In this document: in pieces, positions 61,413-63,580 of the stretch
How the letters are laid out: every line of letters starts with the position of its first letter
Position numbering within the stretch: position 1 is the stretch's first letter
IMG/VR virus record: IMGVR_UViG_3300025284_000001
Span: 1-63,580 of that record
Source: a virus
Length of the DNA stretch: 63,580 bases
Reading direction: 5' to 3' (one strand)
Made by a program: the position numbers and the translations under genes
Notes under the pieces: generated by a model
What the model was told of the DNA's origin: nothing
Seen by the model: the letters and a program-made list of their open reading frames with translations, nothing else
The model's database searches: none

Positions 61413-61630
61413 ACGCTCACCTCCACGCGAACGATTTCGCCGTTTTTGATAAGCCAGCTAACGATACATGACGGACTGCAAAAGTCTATCTCGTCGTACA
61501 GGCGAAAGTACACGCCGTCGAATCCGTTCTCCGTTCTGCACGTCTTGCATCGAGTGACATCTGAAGGCTGCGTCTGCGGTCGTGGATATCCCGTTAGATT
61601 CACGCGAGTAATGTCGGGATGCTCTAACAC
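61409..61630 (-). CDS. zinc-ribbon-like protein (73 aa)
   Basis: CKTC ... CSPSC. Confidence 0.5.
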   Translation of the reverse strand: MLEHPDITRVNLTGYPRPQTQPSDVTRCKTCRTENGFDGVYFRLYDEIDFCSPSCIVSWLIKNGEIVRVEVSV

Positions 61631-61938
61631 GATACCACCGCCTCACGCTCAGCTCTCGCAATCTGCTCGTTTATGTCATTGTCCGTAAGAACTTGATAGA
61701 GTACGTTAGCTACACGATTAATAACGTCCTCGTCCTGCTCGTTGTACCCAGCTTCGTGGAACACTGCGTGCAACAATTCGTGAATTAGCGTTTGGCCTAC
61801 GCGAGTAGGCGACAAATCTTCGTCGATTCGTATCCGGTGAGTGATATAATTAACATCGCCATAAATTCCATTACCTGCCGCAAGTCCTTTTTCGCGAACA
61901 ACTTCGTAGTTCGTTCCGGCTACTTTAACGCGCATCAC
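61624..61938 (-). CDS. small HExxH zinc-metallopeptidase-like protein
   Basis: 104 aa; LIHELLHAVFHEAGY. Confidence 0.5.
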   Translation of the reverse strand: MMRVKVAGTNYEVVREKGLAAGNGIYGDVNYITHRIRIDEDLSPTRVGQTLIHELLHAVFHEAGYNEQDEDVINRVANVLYQVLTDNDINEQIARAEREAVVSC

Positions 61939-62909
61939 ACCGCCTCCCCTCGTAATCGAACGATGTCATCGAGACATCTCGCATAATCCCGTTTCTTCGC
62001 GTCAGTCATCCGTGACCGGAGAACCTGCGCAACCTTACGTTCGAGCTGTGCGAACTCCTCATCACTTAACGACCGAGCAATCGCCGTTTTGAAACCGTTG
62101 AAAAGCCATTTCTCCGGGTTGACCGGCGGAGGATTGCCGTCCTCTACCGCTTGGATTACGTCCGTAAATTCGTCGAGAAGCGCCTGCTTGTCGCGCTCCG
62201 TGATGTGAATGTGAAATGCACGTACATCCGGATTCTTTGCGTATTGCTCGTCGTTCATATTCCAGCCTGATTTTGCCGCGTTAACGTACAGGATGATGTA
62301 ATGGTCGACATCGTACATTAACGAGTATGTCACGCATTGCTTAACGTGGCTTTCGTCTGGTGCGCGCATCGAGTAGTGCGATGTCTTTGCGGCCGTCGTT
62401 TGTTTCGACTTAATTTCGAGGCCGACACGGATTCCGCCGTAATTCAGAATGCCGTCACATGTTCCGTGGAGAGCGAACGTCTTGTCGTTATGATTGACGA
62501 GTTGGTTCTTCTTCGCGAAGTCTTCGAACATCGGCTCTCCGCGCTCGTTTCTATCCAACGTAAACGCCGGATTCTCTCCCGTATGACTCGCGTAATGCTT
62601 CTCGATGAAGAGTAAATCGCGCTGAATCGAATCGCCGATCACGGTTCCGAAGCGAGTCCATCGACCTTGGTGCGGAGGTTGAGCACGCTTGTCCCTCGGA
62701 GATTTCCGCATCTTCTCGTATAACTCTCGTCGGCAACTATTTGCGCTGGAAGGCGAGAAGTACGGCATGTTCCTCGGCGGCCATATCTTACGTGATTTAT
62801 TCGTCAAGATATCCGCGTACCATCGGTGAATCTGCGCATCCAGCTCGTCGTCGTACACTTCGGGAGCTGTATGCCATGTATCCAGCATCGCGAGGAAATC
62901 GGATACCAT
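61935..62909 (-). CDS. RecB/Cas4-family PD-(D/E)XK exonuclease
   Basis: 324 aa; HGTCDGIL...VGLEIKSKQ (D...ExK) and QCVTY motif. Confidence 0.7.
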   Translation of the reverse strand: MVSDFLAMLDTWHTAPEVYDDELDAQIHRWYADILTNKSRKIWPPRNMPYFSPSSANSCRRELYEKMRKSPRDKRAQPPHQGRWTRFGTVIGDSIQRDLLFIEKHYASHTGENPAFTLDRNERGEPMFEDFAKKNQLVNHNDKTFALHGTCDGILNYGGIRVGLEIKSKQTTAAKTSHYSMRAPDESHVKQCVTYSLMYDVDHYIILYVNAAKSGWNMNDEQYAKNPDVRAFHIHITERDKQALLDEFTDVIQAVEDGNPPPVNPEKWLFNGFKTAIARSLSDEEFAQLERKVAQVLRSRMTDAKKRDYARCLDDIVRLRGEAV

Positions 62910-62980
62910 TAGGTCACCTAGCGTGAGTGCCTCGTCTGCTTGTGTTCGTTCACGTAATACTTGTGCACCTGTTTTCGTAA

Positions 62981-63211
62981 TTACTGTTGAAATACGACCG
63001 CCTCCTTAGAAAGTAATGTTTGCTCAAGAAGTAACCAAAGGCCGGCTCTTTCGTCCGTGTTTGAACACGGTATTGAATACTTAGCGGCTTCTTGGTCGAT
63101 TTCTCGTTGAATCGAAGTACCCAGTGCGAAGACAATCGTCGCCAATTCCTTTTCCGTAAATTCAAATGTAATTTTTCTACTAGAGTCGATGTCCGAGATT
63201 ACTTTCGCCAC
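62981..63211 (-). CDS. hypothetical protein (76 aa)
   Basis: ORF track; abuts the exonuclease stop. Confidence 0.55.
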   Translation of the reverse strand: MAKVISDIDSSRKITFEFTEKELATIVFALGTSIQREIDQEAAKYSIPCSNTDERAGLWLLLEQTLLSKEAVVFQQ

Positions 63212-63580
63212 CTACTTCGCCTCCTTCCGCATAGTCCGCACAATCGCATGTGGCGGAACGTACCGCAGTGGACGCTCGTCCGAATCTATCACGACGTTCC
63301 GGTACAGGACACGCCGGACTTCCGCCATTGATTGCAGCACTTCGAATACTTTTACCGTAGCTTCAACGTCGTTCATCGCGCGGTGATGTCCGTTCAATTC
63401 GATCCCATGACGAGAGCATGCGTCTTTTAAGCTCGCGGATTCTTTCGGTTCTACTAACTTCGATAGTGCCCGAGTACATACGAATCTAGTAGTCGTGAAT
63501 ACTCGCGAGATAAACGCCAGGTCAAACGGAGCATTATGCGCAACTATTGTCGTACCAAACGCGAAGTAATCCAACGCTGA
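63212..63580 (-). CDS. DnaQ-like exonuclease, 3' part (5' part is at 355..1 via the circular junction)
   Basis: Exo II HNAPFDLAF and Exo III HRAMNDVEA; the track start M is an internal TTG. Confidence 0.8.
   Translation of the reverse strand, partial: SALDYFAFGTTIVAHNAPFDLAFISRVFTTTRFVCTRALSKLVEPKESASLKDACSRHGIELNGHHRAMNDVEATVKVFEVLQSMAEVRRVLYRNVVIDSDERPLRYVPPHAIVRTMRKEAK
63454..63580. repeat. Terminal direct repeat copy 2
   Basis: Identical to 1..127. Confidence 0.95.

Overview
The window is a complete tailed-phage genome that closes on itself. Its first and last 127 nt are identical, leaving 63,453 bp of unique sequence, and one exonuclease gene reads across the junction. The virion genes indicate a long non-contractile tail (siphovirus type): tape measure, a frameshifted tail chaperone, and no sheath. 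The host is probably a Gram-positive Bacillales or Paenibacillaceae-like bacterium (inference), judged from GGAGG-type ribosome-binding sites, a BhlA-type holin, and an amidase_2 endolysin with a Cu-amine-oxidase-N1-like wall-binding domain. I call about 100 protein genes, and all but six are on the minus strand.

Modules in minus-strand reading order:
- **Replication and recombination:** DnaQ exonuclease, family A polymerase, SSB-like protein, primase, DnaB, DnaC-like loader.
- **Integrase** with its own terminator, followed by a plus-strand cassette under a consensus promoter.
- **Lysis:** amidase, two holin-like proteins, a DUF2233 glycosidase.
- **Accessory morons and tail genes**, including an AT-rich acyltransferase-3 moron.
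- **Tape measure, head, portal and terminase.**
- **A PP-loop/PAPS-reductase-like gene** broken by an in-frame TAA.
- **A 1.3-kb non-coding hub** of phased short repeats next to a Rep-like gene.
- **tRNA-like minihelices**, two toxin-like mini-peptides and a palindromic switch promoter.
- **DNA modification and nucleotide metabolism:** C5 and N6 methyltransferases, dNMP kinase, ThyX, Dut, NrdJ.
- **HNH endonuclease, RuvC-like resolvase and a RecB-like nuclease.**

The most unusual feature is a plasmid-style island at 45.6-49.5 kb. It combines a Rep-like protein, helically phased iterons and type-I-toxin-like peptides, and it sits alongside a full phage replisome that has its own origin-like element. 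Other notable points:
- The primase N-terminus has no canonical start codon.
- A motif family is shared between the integrase upstream region and the 46-kb hub.
- A 45-bp element is duplicated upstream of two operon-leading genes.
- The distal tail protein (Dit) appears to be split around an inserted cassette.

All functional calls come from reading motifs by eye; no database search was run.
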